Positions 1 to 8,465 of a stretch of 56,982 nt of DNA are shown one piece after another; position 1 is the stretch's first letter; each line of letters opens with the position of its first letter. The stretch is from a virus (Duplodnaviria > Caudoviricetes). The notes below the pieces were generated by a model. The model was not told where the DNA came from, did no database searches, and saw only the letters and a list, made by a program, of their open reading frames with translations. Made by a program: the position numbers and the translations under genes. The stretch spans positions 1 through 56,982 of IMG/VR virus record IMGVR_UViG_3300045118_000170, one strand, 5' to 3'.

Positions 1-127
1 ACCCCGACTACATGCTCAAGGAAGCTGAGGACGACTTCCAGAAGTTCCCACCGCCGGGGTTTAAGCGGGACCCGAACGCGATGAACGCCGTAGTCCAGCG
101 GGGGCGATAGAGGCCCTACTTTTTTTT
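1..127. repeat. Terminal direct repeat (left copy); circular assembly overlap
   Basis: 1-127 is identical to 56856-56982; it falls inside the portal gene end, so it is more likely a k=127 overlap than a physical terminus. Confidence 0.95.
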
Positions 128-138
128 TACTTGGATAC

Positions 139-167
139 TTGACAACCTTTCTCAACTTGTGTAACAT
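139..167 (+). promoter_or_regulatory. Sigma70-like promoter upstream of head genes
   Basis: TTGACA-17nt-TAACAT, preceded by a T9 tract, followed by GGGGAG RBS and ATG at 189. Confidence 0.65.
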
Positions 168-188
168 ACTCAACAAGCAGGGAGACGT

Positions 189-725
189 ATGCTACCCAAC
201 ACCGCATCCCCCGATATGTCGAGCCTCCTCGGTGGATTAACAGGATCAAGTGGCGCAACTCGTGATCCACAAGACGTGAGCTTCACGTTGGGCTTTCTCG
301 CCGCGCTTGGTGCGAAAGAAGTCGGCGACCAGGCCGCCTCCCAGCAACGGGAAGCGAAGAAACAGGCGATGGCGTCCCCCGCTGACATGCTTCGAGGCAA
401 CCTCGGCCCCCTCGACCAATTGATGACCCTGCTGCGCCTCCAAGGTGGGCAAGGGAGTCCCGGCGGCCTTGGTCCTCAACCGCCTCCTCAATCCCCGATT
501 GGGATGTTGGCGTCTCGAATGTCCGGTCTTTCGCCCCAGGCACCTCCCCCCGTCGGTTCCCCCCTTGCGGGCGGGACGACGGCACCCCTACCCTCGCCTG
601 GGGCACCTTCACCCATGATGGCGAACGCCCTCATGCAGACCATGACGCCGATGCAAGGCGGCATGAACCCGATGCTCCTGGCCCTCCTCCAACAGCGCAT
701 GGCCCCCGCTGGAGGGATGGTGTAA
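189..725 (+). CDS. Pro/Gly/Met-rich hypothetical protein, post-portal
   Basis: RBS GGGGAG; low-complexity protein at the position typical of podovirus head-module small genes. Confidence 0.7.
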   Translation: MLPNTASPDMSSLLGGLTGSSGATRDPQDVSFTLGFLAALGAKEVGDQAASQQREAKKQAMASPADMLRGNLGPLDQLMTLLRLQGGQGSPGGLGPQPPPQSPIGMLASRMSGLSPQAPPPVGSPLAGGTTAPLPSPGAPSPMMANALMQTMTPMQGGMNPMLLALLQQRMAPAGGMV

Positions 726-931
726 TGCCGACCAAGGTGGAGACCGCCTTCCATGAAATGAAGCGGAACCCGCCTCGTACTCTCTCGCGCACCGCCAAAA
801 AGTACGGAGCGGCCCGCGCCGAGAAGCAGCGTGTCGCCATCGGCCTTAACAAGGCCCGCGAAGCGGAAGCCCGCATTCCCAAACGTCAGGGTCGCCGAAC
901 TCAGGCCCGCACCTCATCCAGGAGGGCGTAA
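725..931 (+). CDS. Small basic protein (possible virion core/DNA-binding)
   Basis: TAATG coupling; Arg/Lys-rich; KQRVAIGL resembles the KQAVAIAL motif of small phage head proteins. Confidence 0.65.
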   Translation: MPTKVETAFHEMKRNPPRTLSRTAKKYGAARAEKQRVAIGLNKAREAEARIPKRQGRRTQARTSSRRA

Positions 932-993
932 CGATGCCACTCACGGATTCCTCGATTGACCTGCACTATCACTACACACAAGGAGGTTCTACT

Positions 994-1101
994 GTGAAAA
1001 GCAATGCGAAAACCAAAAAGACGGGTCTGTTGAAGGGCAAGGCCGTCGAGTCTCCCGTCAAGGCCCACTACAACGGCGACCCGATTTGCACGAAACGCTA
1101 G
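994..1101 (+). CDS. Small Lys-rich hypothetical protein (not in ORF track)
   Basis: Strong RBS AAGGAGG then GTG; VKSNAKTKKTGLLKGKAVESPVKAHYNGDPICTKR. Confidence 0.55.
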   Translation: MKSNAKTKKTGLLKGKAVESPVKAHYNGDPICTKR

Positions 1102-1120
1102 ACGCACCTCGTCATTCGTT

Positions 1121-1360
1121 ATGGCACGTGACGAGTTCCCCGTCGTAGAGGGGTTAACGCAGACCGAGGAGGATGCCCGTCCAATCCTGGATCGGCTCAC
1201 CGACCTCTTGATGCGTCCCTCCAAGCCCGATACCGACTACATTGATGAGGGCCTCAAGCACCTTGGGATGGCGTTTGAGGTCTCCCAAAACGCGCAACTC
1301 AAAGCCCGCCTCGCCGCAGCGATGACGCTTATCCGCGAGGGACCGGGTTCTTCTTCCTAG
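1121..1360 (+). CDS. Hypothetical protein
   Basis: ORF in operon order with helical protein-like composition. Confidence 0.6.
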   Translation: MARDEFPVVEGLTQTEEDARPILDRLTDLLMRPSKPDTDYIDEGLKHLGMAFEVSQNAQLKARLAAAMTLIREGPGSSS

Positions 1361-1415
1361 CCATCGCTGCACCCTCCGCCGACCACCTCGCGTCGGGACC
1401 GGAGAAAGGAGACGT

Positions 1416-2300
1416 ATGCCGAAAGAGGAGGCCGGGAAAAAGGTAGAGCTGGAAAAGGAATTGCAGGACCTTGTGGACAAGTACAACGAGGACCCTGCGG
1501 CCTTCGCCAAGGGCTACCGTGAACTGGAAAAGAAGTTGTCGAAGCAGGGTGAGGAAGTCGGGACCCTTCGCAAGAAGGCCGACGACTCCGAGAAGGCGAT
1601 GACCCAGCTCAGTGAGTACACCAAGCAGGCGAAACCGATTGTGGATTGGTACACCCAAAACCAGGCGTGGTTGCAACAGGCGGTGCAGGGGCAGGCGAAT
1701 AAAACGGCGGCCCCGGCAACGGCGACGGGCGTGAGCATTTTGACGCCGGATGAACAGACCGCGTTGATTAACGCCGCTGTCCAAAACATGCAACAGAAAA
1801 TCCTGGCACCGTGGGCACAACAGTTTACGCAACAGGTGGAAACCTACGCCAAAAAGCAGCGCGATGAATTGGAGGCCGCCCTCAACCAGCGGAATCAAAC
1901 CTCTATGCAAATCCTCTGGAACTCGCTGGAGCGAGGACTTCCAAAGGAGCGTGTCGATTCGTTGCGGGCCTATCACGAAGAGGCGCTGCGGTTCGCGGAC
2001 CCGTCGAAGCTCAAGCCGCTGGAACTTGCGGACGAAATGATCTCGACGAAGGCGCAGTTGGCGGAGTTCAAGGAAAAGGTCGCCAAGTACGAAAAGGAGA
2101 AGGAGGACGCTGCGAAAGCCGCGATTCCTTCCTACGGCAATGGATCGGGGTTGTTTGCCCCGAAGTCCGACAACAAGGACAACAAAAGCGTGCCTGAGTC
2201 CCGCCATGACCGACTCAAGGCGGTGATGCAGGACGTTCAAACGCAACATGGGAACGAAGGACTGGAACAACTGTTTGGCCGACCGACCTCCGTGCGGTAG
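1416..2300 (+). CDS. Capsid scaffolding protein
   Basis: Charged coiled-coil protein with 'KGYRELEKKLSKQGEEVGTLRK'; directly upstream of the major capsid gene; RBS AAAGGAG. Confidence 0.8.
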   Translation: MPKEEAGKKVELEKELQDLVDKYNEDPAAFAKGYRELEKKLSKQGEEVGTLRKKADDSEKAMTQLSEYTKQAKPIVDWYTQNQAWLQQAVQGQANKTAAPATATGVSILTPDEQTALINAAVQNMQQKILAPWAQQFTQQVETYAKKQRDELEAALNQRNQTSMQILWNSLERGLPKERVDSLRAYHEEALRFADPSKLKPLELADEMISTKAQLAEFKEKVAKYEKEKEDAAKAAIPSYGNGSGLFAPKSDNKDNKSVPESRHDRLKAVMQDVQTQHGNEGLEQLFGRPTSVR

Positions 2301-2356
2301 GCCGGGCCTGGTTGTGGGCTCCTAAGTCTCCCATGTTCTAACCAAGAGGCGCACAC

Positions 2357-3316
2357 ATGCCAGTCCCAACAAGGACAGAGACCCTGAACACCTTCATTAC
2401 GGCCACCGGCCAAAACCGGCGTCCCGGTTTGGTGGACGCCTACTTTGGGTCCGCCCCCTTCCTGGCCCGTTTACGGGCAGGAGGAGACGAGACGGTTCGA
2501 CTCAGCGGCGGATCGGACATCCGCGAGAGTTTCGTGTATACGAACTTCCCTTCTTCATCCTTTGGACGAGGGGATACGTTCGATACCTCCGTGACGGAGT
2601 TCAGCACCACGTTGCGGTTCGATTGGAAGTACAGCTACGCCGCACTCAACCTCAATGTCATCGACATCGACTTGAACGATTCTCCTGAGCAAACCTTCGA
2701 TCTCGTCGAGGCCGCAATGGAGACCGCCGAACTGTCGTTGATCGACGATGCGTCCACCCAGTTGTTTGCGGACGGCAGCGGGAACGCCGGAAACGACATG
2801 GACGGGTTGGCGATTGCCGTCAGCCAGACCGGGACCTACGGCGGGATCGCTCGTGCGACAACCGTGAATAGCCCACAGCGGGCGATTCGGGCCGCCGTCG
2901 AGGATACGACCGGCGGAGCCCTTTCCCTCGGCGGCGTGAACTCCAACTTCGGGAGCGTCCAAGTCGGACGTGAAAAACCCGACTTGTTGGTGACGACGCA
3001 GACCCTTTGGAACCGGATTTGGGAGCGGTCGCAGGCCGCTGACCGCAACAAAGCTGAAAGCGACCGTGACATCGGATTTGAGAGCGTGCGGTTCAACGGC
3101 GCCGATGTGACCGTGGACTCGCACTGTCCCAGCGGCTTCCTGTATTACCTGAATACCAAGTGGTTCCGGTTCTACATCCACCGGAAGTGGGATTTCAGGA
3201 TGCGGGGACCGATGGAGCCGACCAACCAAATGCTCCAAATCGGGCAGTTGGTGGTGTGGGCGAACATGGTTTGCCGAGCCCCTCGGTTCCAAGGCGTCGC
3301 CAGCGGGTTGACGTAA
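2357..3316 (+). CDS. Major capsid protein (HK97 fold)
   Basis: 319 aa after the scaffold; motifs GG.DIR, FDWK..YA, LFADGSGN.GNDMDGL, C-terminal 'NMVCRAPRFQGV' typical of phage MCPs. Confidence 0.85.
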   Translation: MPVPTRTETLNTFITATGQNRRPGLVDAYFGSAPFLARLRAGGDETVRLSGGSDIRESFVYTNFPSSSFGRGDTFDTSVTEFSTTLRFDWKYSYAALNLNVIDIDLNDSPEQTFDLVEAAMETAELSLIDDASTQLFADGSGNAGNDMDGLAIAVSQTGTYGGIARATTVNSPQRAIRAAVEDTTGGALSLGGVNSNFGSVQVGREKPDLLVTTQTLWNRIWERSQAADRNKAESDRDIGFESVRFNGADVTVDSHCPSGFLYYLNTKWFRFYIHRKWDFRMRGPMEPTNQMLQIGQLVVWANMVCRAPRFQGVASGLT

Positions 3317-3355
3317 ACGTAGATTTCCAGTAGACTGACGCCTATTCACCATCTG

Positions 3356-3826
3356 GTGGATCGTCATTCATGGAGTGAATCGTCGATGTTGACCCATCGT
3401 GAACGAGCCCTCAACACGGTACGCCACCTCAAGATCAGTGAACCCCAGGTGGCGGACCTTCGCAAGGAAAAGACGCTGTTTGTGACGGGAGCGCCGTCGA
3501 ACTGGCCTCCCGTCCTCGTCGCCCAGTACGCCCTGCGAACGGCCCTCGAAAACGGCTGTACCGTCATCGAAGTCCAGCAAGGTATCCATCGACGGGTCAC
3601 GTTCGACACGATGCGGTTGTTTACGGTTGCGCGACAGTGGAGGGGTGGGCGACTCCCCACCGTCAAGATGGCCCGTGTACCGCGCTACATCGGCACATGG
3701 AAGCAGGCGGCGGTTGGAAACGTGCTGGAAGCCCGTCCAACCCTGATCGCCATGCCGGGCCGAACCCTCAAACCGCCCGTTTCCGGTGATCCCGGCGGGC
3801 AAGGAGTGACACATGCCAGCGAATAG
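3356..3826 (+). CDS. Hypothetical protein
   Basis: ORF between the capsid gene and the next structural gene; start uncertain (3356 or 3386). Confidence 0.55.
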   Translation: MDRHSWSESSMLTHRERALNTVRHLKISEPQVADLRKEKTLFVTGAPSNWPPVLVAQYALRTALENGCTVIEVQQGIHRRVTFDTMRLFTVARQWRGGRLPTVKMARVPRYIGTWKQAAVGNVLEARPTLIAMPGRTLKPPVSGDPGGQGVTHASE

Positions 3827-4604
3827 CACCACTCATCAGTTTCTCAATGTCGGCAACCTCGTGGGGATGGGCAATGCGGACATCCACGAGAACTCGGCGA
3901 CCCCGAACTTTCGAGGCGGGTCGTTGTCCTTCATCAGTGATGCGATGGGGCCGCGCATCCTCAAGTACGTGAAAAACGTGCGTGGAGCGAACTCCGCCGT
4001 CGCCGAGTTGTGCGAGTATGCGGCGGATGGCGCGAACGTGCTGACGACGACCGTCAGCAACATCACGGCGGGAAGCACGACCTCCGCCACCACCTCCGGC
4101 TTAACGGCGGGGCGGCATCAAGGGATGATCTGCTACGTCTTTGACAACGCCGATTCTGCGGGGGCTGCGCCGGAAGGCGAAGTGTCCGTCGTCGCCAACA
4201 ACACGGCGACGGTGATTACGATGGAGGCGGATTACCCCTACTCGGTCGCCTTGGCCGTCAACGACGACCTGGAGCTGATTGCGACCTACCAAACGGAGAC
4301 GACTGCCGCGAACGCGGAAGCGTGGACCTGCCCTGGTTTCGTGGCCGGAAAGGACGGCATCGACAACAACAACTTCGGTTGGCTCATCATGGAAGGTTTC
4401 GTCCTGGCGAAGGGGACGGCGGCCAACATCACCGAGGGCGACCCGGTTGAAGCGGCTGCGAACGGCAGCATTTCGACCGTCGCGCAAGGCCATGAAGAGT
4501 GGGTCGGCCTCGCACTGGCGGTGATGACGAACGATTCGGTGAGCCTGCGTGTCCCGATCTCCGCCAAACTGTTCACGTATGAAAACAGCGGTGGAACCCC
4601 ATAA
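3813..4604 (+). CDS. Putative capsid decoration/cement protein
   Basis: Thr/Ala/Asn-rich beta-type protein, 'NNNFGWLIMEG' motif, position after the MCP, RBS AAGGAG. Confidence 0.6.
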   Translation: MPANSTTHQFLNVGNLVGMGNADIHENSATPNFRGGSLSFISDAMGPRILKYVKNVRGANSAVAELCEYAADGANVLTTTVSNITAGSTTSATTSGLTAGRHQGMICYVFDNADSAGAAPEGEVSVVANNTATVITMEADYPYSVALAVNDDLELIATYQTETTAANAEAWTCPGFVAGKDGIDNNNFGWLIMEGFVLAKGTAANITEGDPVEAAANGSISTVAQGHEEWVGLALAVMTNDSVSLRVPISAKLFTYENSGGTP

Positions 4605-4635
4605 CCGGCCTTCGGCCAGAAAGGAGGACTAGGTT

Positions 4636-5145
4636 ATGGCACTGACCATCACACTCTCTGGAGATTGGCAAGGCAATGTCGGAGCCCAGCGCCATGTGCG
4701 GGGCACGATTGCCTTCGATTCCAGCTATCCGACGGGTGGCGAGTCGCTGACCGCCGCCAACATCGGCTTGCGGGTCGTGGACTTCATCGAAGTCACCGCA
4801 AGGTCCGGGTATGTGTTCGAGTACGACTACACGAACTCGTCACTGCTGGTGTATCGTACCGCGACCGTGACCCCGGCTGGGACTCTTTCAACGCCCAGCT
4901 TTGCGATTGCCTCGTCAGCGTCCGCCTCAGCCACGTATAAATTAACGGTGAGCGCGGATTCGACCGTCGCCGTCATCGCAGGAGATTCCTTGACAGCGGC
5001 TCGCACCCTTTCCGGCACCTATTCACCAGTCGGTGTGCCGACCTTTACAGGGAATGCAACGACCGCTGCCGCTCTTGCCGAGGTCGGGAACACGACCGAC
5101 CTCTCAGCACTCACCGGTGTCCGCTTCTGGGCGGTGGGTGTGTAG
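4636..5145 (+). CDS. Putative virion structural (head decoration) protein
   Basis: 'FDSSYPTGGE' and C-terminal 'DLS..VRFWAVG' pattern; Thr/Ser/Ala-rich; RBS AAAGGAGG. Confidence 0.65.
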   Translation: MALTITLSGDWQGNVGAQRHVRGTIAFDSSYPTGGESLTAANIGLRVVDFIEVTARSGYVFEYDYTNSSLLVYRTATVTPAGTLSTPSFAIASSASASATYKLTVSADSTVAVIAGDSLTAARTLSGTYSPVGVPTFTGNATTAAALAEVGNTTDLSALTGVRFWAVGV

Positions 5146-5153
5146 GGAGTATT

Positions 5154-5864
5154 GTGTCGGCTCCTTTGAAGAGGTTGGGCGGTCTTGTTGCAGTCGTTAG
5201 CGGCGAGACCGCCCGCTTCGCCCGTGCGGAGGATGCTCTGAATCGGATGAAACTCCCGCCCAGCTGGGAGATGCGCCGCTTCTATGGAACCAATGTGGCC
5301 TGTAATCTCAACAACGGGGTCCGGTATGCTCTGGCGACGGGCGCGGACTACCTCCTTGTCATCGGAGATGACCACGTATTTCCAGCCTCGCTGGTTTACC
5401 ACCTTCTCTCCCGCAACGTGGACATTGTAGCCCCTCTCGTGACATTTCGACGGCCTCCTTATGCCCCTATCGCGTTCCGTGACCGGAAAGAGGGGGCCTA
5501 TATGTGGGAGACGATCCCGTGGGACACGCTTCCCTCGGAGGGCCTGATGGAAGTTGCGGCTGTCACCAATTCTGGAATGCTCATGCGGCGCTCCGTCTTA
5601 GAAGCTCTCCAAGACCCGTGGTTTGATCTCGGCCAAGTGCATCCTGAGCATACCTCGGAGGACCTTCACTTTTGCGAAAAGGCACGAGCATGCGGCTTCC
5701 GGGTATATCTCGACGTAGATATGACGCTGGAGCATTTAACGCCGATCGGGGTCAAACCGACGCGGCGTGAGGACGGGCGGTGGGGCATGGATGCCGTCTT
5801 TGATGATGGGATTATTGTGGCACTCCCGCTCTCTCTCGAAGAACAAGAGTTGGTGCCTGCATGA
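5154..5864 (+). CDS. Glycosyltransferase, GT-A fold (GT2-like)
   Basis: 'DYLLVIGDDH' DxD-like motif, 'SEDLHFCEKARACGFRVYLD..LEH'. Confidence 0.85.
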   Translation: MSAPLKRLGGLVAVVSGETARFARAEDALNRMKLPPSWEMRRFYGTNVACNLNNGVRYALATGADYLLVIGDDHVFPASLVYHLLSRNVDIVAPLVTFRRPPYAPIAFRDRKEGAYMWETIPWDTLPSEGLMEVAAVTNSGMLMRRSVLEALQDPWFDLGQVHPEHTSEDLHFCEKARACGFRVYLDVDMTLEHLTPIGVKPTRREDGRWGMDAVFDDGIIVALPLSLEEQELVPA

Positions 5865-6403
5865 AACTGAACATCGGCTGTGGCCGTGAACTGCTGGGAG
5901 ACTACCTCAACATCGACGTAGTGCCACCCGCCGACTACTGCTGCGATATCCGGTCCACCAACTTCAAGGGTATCGACGAAATTTGTATGATCCATTCGCT
6001 GGAGCACATCCCGTACCGCGACGTGCCTGTGCTGCTGACTCGGATGCGGAGGTGGCTGGTTCCAGACGGGGTCCTGCGTATTGAAGTCCCGGACATGCAG
6101 GAAATTTGCAAGGACCCGACGCACCCCAACTTCCTCGTCTACACCTACGGGATTCAAACCAGCGGCGGCGAAATTCACATGAGCGGATTCACGCTGAGTT
6201 CCCTGATGGCCCTCCTTATGGATGCGGGGTTTTACGTGGAAACCGGGCGAGTGTTCCGTTCTACTCATCACCAACGAATTGGGATGCCATGCTTGGAAGT
6301 GATCGCACACGCGCCTCGATCCTTGTTACAGGAGCCGGTGGAGCGGCTGGAGCTAACCTCATCCGAGCCCTTCGCCGCGCCGACCATCCTCTCCGTCTCG
6401 TAG
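5861..6403 (+). CDS. Class I SAM-dependent methyltransferase (type 11-like)
   Basis: 'KLNIGCG', 'YLNID', 'HSLEHI', 'LVPDGVLRIEVPD'. Confidence 0.85.
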   Translation: MKLNIGCGRELLGDYLNIDVVPPADYCCDIRSTNFKGIDEICMIHSLEHIPYRDVPVLLTRMRRWLVPDGVLRIEVPDMQEICKDPTHPNFLVYTYGIQTSGGEIHMSGFTLSSLMALLMDAGFYVETGRVFRSTHHQRIGMPCLEVIAHAPRSLLQEPVERLELTSSEPFAAPTILSVS

Positions 6404-7401
6404 GCGTCGATTGTAACCGTTACCACCTCGCTGCCGCCGACTGCGACGAGCGCCACCTCCTGCCTCCGACCGAGGCGGACCCCATCGCCTGGATTGAGGC
6501 GCTCTTTCCGTTCGCCGCCGTCTGCGATCTCGTCCTCCCTCAACCGGATTGTGACGTGGCGGCGCTTTCGCGGGTGGCGCACCTCCCTGAATGGAGGCGA
6601 CTCCTGGCCCTTCCCTCCACCGGGGCGATTGCGACAGCCCAGGACAAGCTCGAAACGGCCCTCTCCTTAACAGCGGCCAACGTGCCGGTCCCCTTAACCT
6701 TCCCCTATCGCACCGCGACGGTTCAAGACCTCGGCAATACGCTCGGCTGGCCGGTGTGGGTGCGAGCGCGGCATGGGGCGGGGTCCAAGGGCGCGTTCAA
6801 GGCCTGGACCGCCAATCAAGTCCGCAGTTGGGTGGACGCATGCGCCTTGAATAAGGGCATCCCTGAACACGAGTTTACGCTCTCGACCTACCTGCCTGGC
6901 CCTGAATACGGCTGTCAACTCCTCTACTGGCATGGGCATTTTATCGTGTCCCAGACGAGGGAACGAGTTGAGTACCTCTACGGCTACCTGACGCCGACCG
7001 GCCAATCATCGAGCCCCGCTGTCGCACGAACGGTGGCGAACGCCGGTATCGACCACGTGGCTGATCAAGCGGTGCGAGCCCTCGACCACGAACCACATGG
7101 CGTGTACGGTGTCGATCTGAAATGCGACGTGAACGGCATCCCCCATGTGACGGAAGTCAATGCCGGTCGTTTCTATACGACCGTGGACTTTTTGGCGGCG
7201 GCGGGACTCAACCTGCCTACTATGCTGTGGAAGCTCCACAATGGAGAGTCTGTGCCGACCCTTAACCATTCCCCGCTGGCTGCGAACCAATACTGGATTC
7301 GGACGGCGGATTGTTTGCCGCGTCTCATTCGTGCCATGGACCTTGAAAAGGAGTTTGCCCCATGCCGAGCATCAGTACCATCGTTGAGTCCAACTCATTA
7401 A
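6289..7401 (+). CDS. ATP-grasp ligase (carbamoyl-phosphate-synthase-like/PylC-like)
   Basis: N-terminal 'ILVTGAGG', 'AQDKLET', 'GAGSKG', 'YLPGPEY', 'VTEVNAGRF'; start at ATG 6289 inferred. Confidence 0.85.
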   Translation: MLGSDRTRASILVTGAGGAAGANLIRALRRADHPLRLVGVDCNRYHLAAADCDERHLLPPTEADPIAWIEALFPFAAVCDLVLPQPDCDVAALSRVAHLPEWRRLLALPSTGAIATAQDKLETALSLTAANVPVPLTFPYRTATVQDLGNTLGWPVWVRARHGAGSKGAFKAWTANQVRSWVDACALNKGIPEHEFTLSTYLPGPEYGCQLLYWHGHFIVSQTRERVEYLYGYLTPTGQSSSPAVARTVANAGIDHVADQAVRALDHEPHGVYGVDLKCDVNGIPHVTEVNAGRFYTTVDFLAAAGLNLPTMLWKLHNGESVPTLNHSPLAANQYWIRTADCLPRLIRAMDLEKEFAPCRASVPSLSPTH

Positions 7402-7703
7402 GTAATACGTCCACCTTACTGGTAGGACATCGGTGCGCACTCACGGGGGCGTGCGTCATCAATACGACAGGGGCCGACGCCTATATCCAACTATTCGATG
7501 TCGCTACCGCCGCCGCCGTGACAGTTGGTACGACGGTTCCGACCTGGGTGATCCAAAACGACTACGGGAAGGGGCTTGTGAACGAATCCTCGAACATCCC
7601 GGAGGGCGGCATCGACTTCGTGAATGGGATCGCGGCGGTCTCGACTACGACGCCGACCGGCAGCACGGCGGCGGTTCAACATTTGAAAGTCTCGATCTTT
7701 TAA
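7362..7703 (+). CDS. Small putative virion structural protein
   Basis: 'AYIQLFD.ATAAAVTVGTTVP..GIDFVNGI' pattern of small phage beta-sandwich proteins; RBS AAGGAG. Confidence 0.6.
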   Translation: MPSISTIVESNSLSNTSTLLVGHRCALTGACVINTTGADAYIQLFDVATAAAVTVGTTVPTWVIQNDYGKGLVNESSNIPEGGIDFVNGIAAVSTTTPTGSTAAVQHLKVSIF

Positions 7704-7745
7704 CCGTCCTTCTGGGTAGGGGGACACCACAAGGGAGGAGGAGGT

Positions 7746-8453
7746 ATGTATCAACGATCTATCAAAAAGACGATCTACACCTTGAACATTGGGAACTATG
7801 CGCCGTCGATTACGACCCTGACCTATCCACTGATGAAGGCGTATGCCCAAAAGATTCGTGCTGATTTCTACGTGATCACCGAGCGCAAGTTCCCAGACTG
7901 GCCGGTCGTGTACGAGAAGATGCAGGTTTACGATCTCGCCCAACAGCACGGCAACGAGTGGACCTACTACATCGACAGCGATTGCCTCATCCACCCCGAT
8001 ATGTTCGACATCACCCATCACATGGGGCGGGACCAAATCGCGCACAACGCCTTCGATGTCGCCAGTCATCGGTGGGTGTACGACCGCTTTTTCCATCGGG
8101 ACGGTCGCCACATCGGGAGCGGAAACTGGCTGGCGATTGCGTCCGACTGGTGCCTTGAACTGTGGAAGCCGTTGGACGATCTCACTCTGGAGGAAGCGGT
8201 CGCCCGTATCTATCCTACAATTCGTGAACGGAACAGCGGCGTAATCGAACCGGCTCATTTAATCGACGATTTCACCTTGTCGCGCAACATCGCCAAGTAT
8301 GGGTTGAAAGTGACCAATGTGCGCTCCATCATGAAAACAATGGGGTACGCCGACAACATCGGGTTCCTCTGGCACCGCTACGCGATCCCCGAAGAACAAA
8401 AGCTGACCGAAATGAACAAGGTGCTCAAGGAGTGGGGGATCACCATTCGGTAG
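7746..8453 (+). CDS. Glycosyltransferase, GT-A fold (GT8/GT34-like)
   Basis: 'MKAYAQKIRADF', 'YEKMQV', 'YYIDSDCLI' DxD motif. Confidence 0.75.
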   Translation: MYQRSIKKTIYTLNIGNYAPSITTLTYPLMKAYAQKIRADFYVITERKFPDWPVVYEKMQVYDLAQQHGNEWTYYIDSDCLIHPDMFDITHHMGRDQIAHNAFDVASHRWVYDRFFHRDGRHIGSGNWLAIASDWCLELWKPLDDLTLEEAVARIYPTIRERNSGVIEPAHLIDDFTLSRNIAKYGLKVTNVRSIMKTMGYADNIGFLWHRYAIPEEQKLTEMNKVLKEWGITIR

Positions 8454-8465
8454 GGGGGACTACTT

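Noticed and set aside
1-127. Biological terminal repeat
   Set aside because: Length of 127 matches a common assembler k-mer and it lies within the portal gene end
100-128. Rho-independent terminator after the portal gene
   Set aside because: T9 tract is present but the preceding stem is weak; it may instead be an UP element for the promoter at 139
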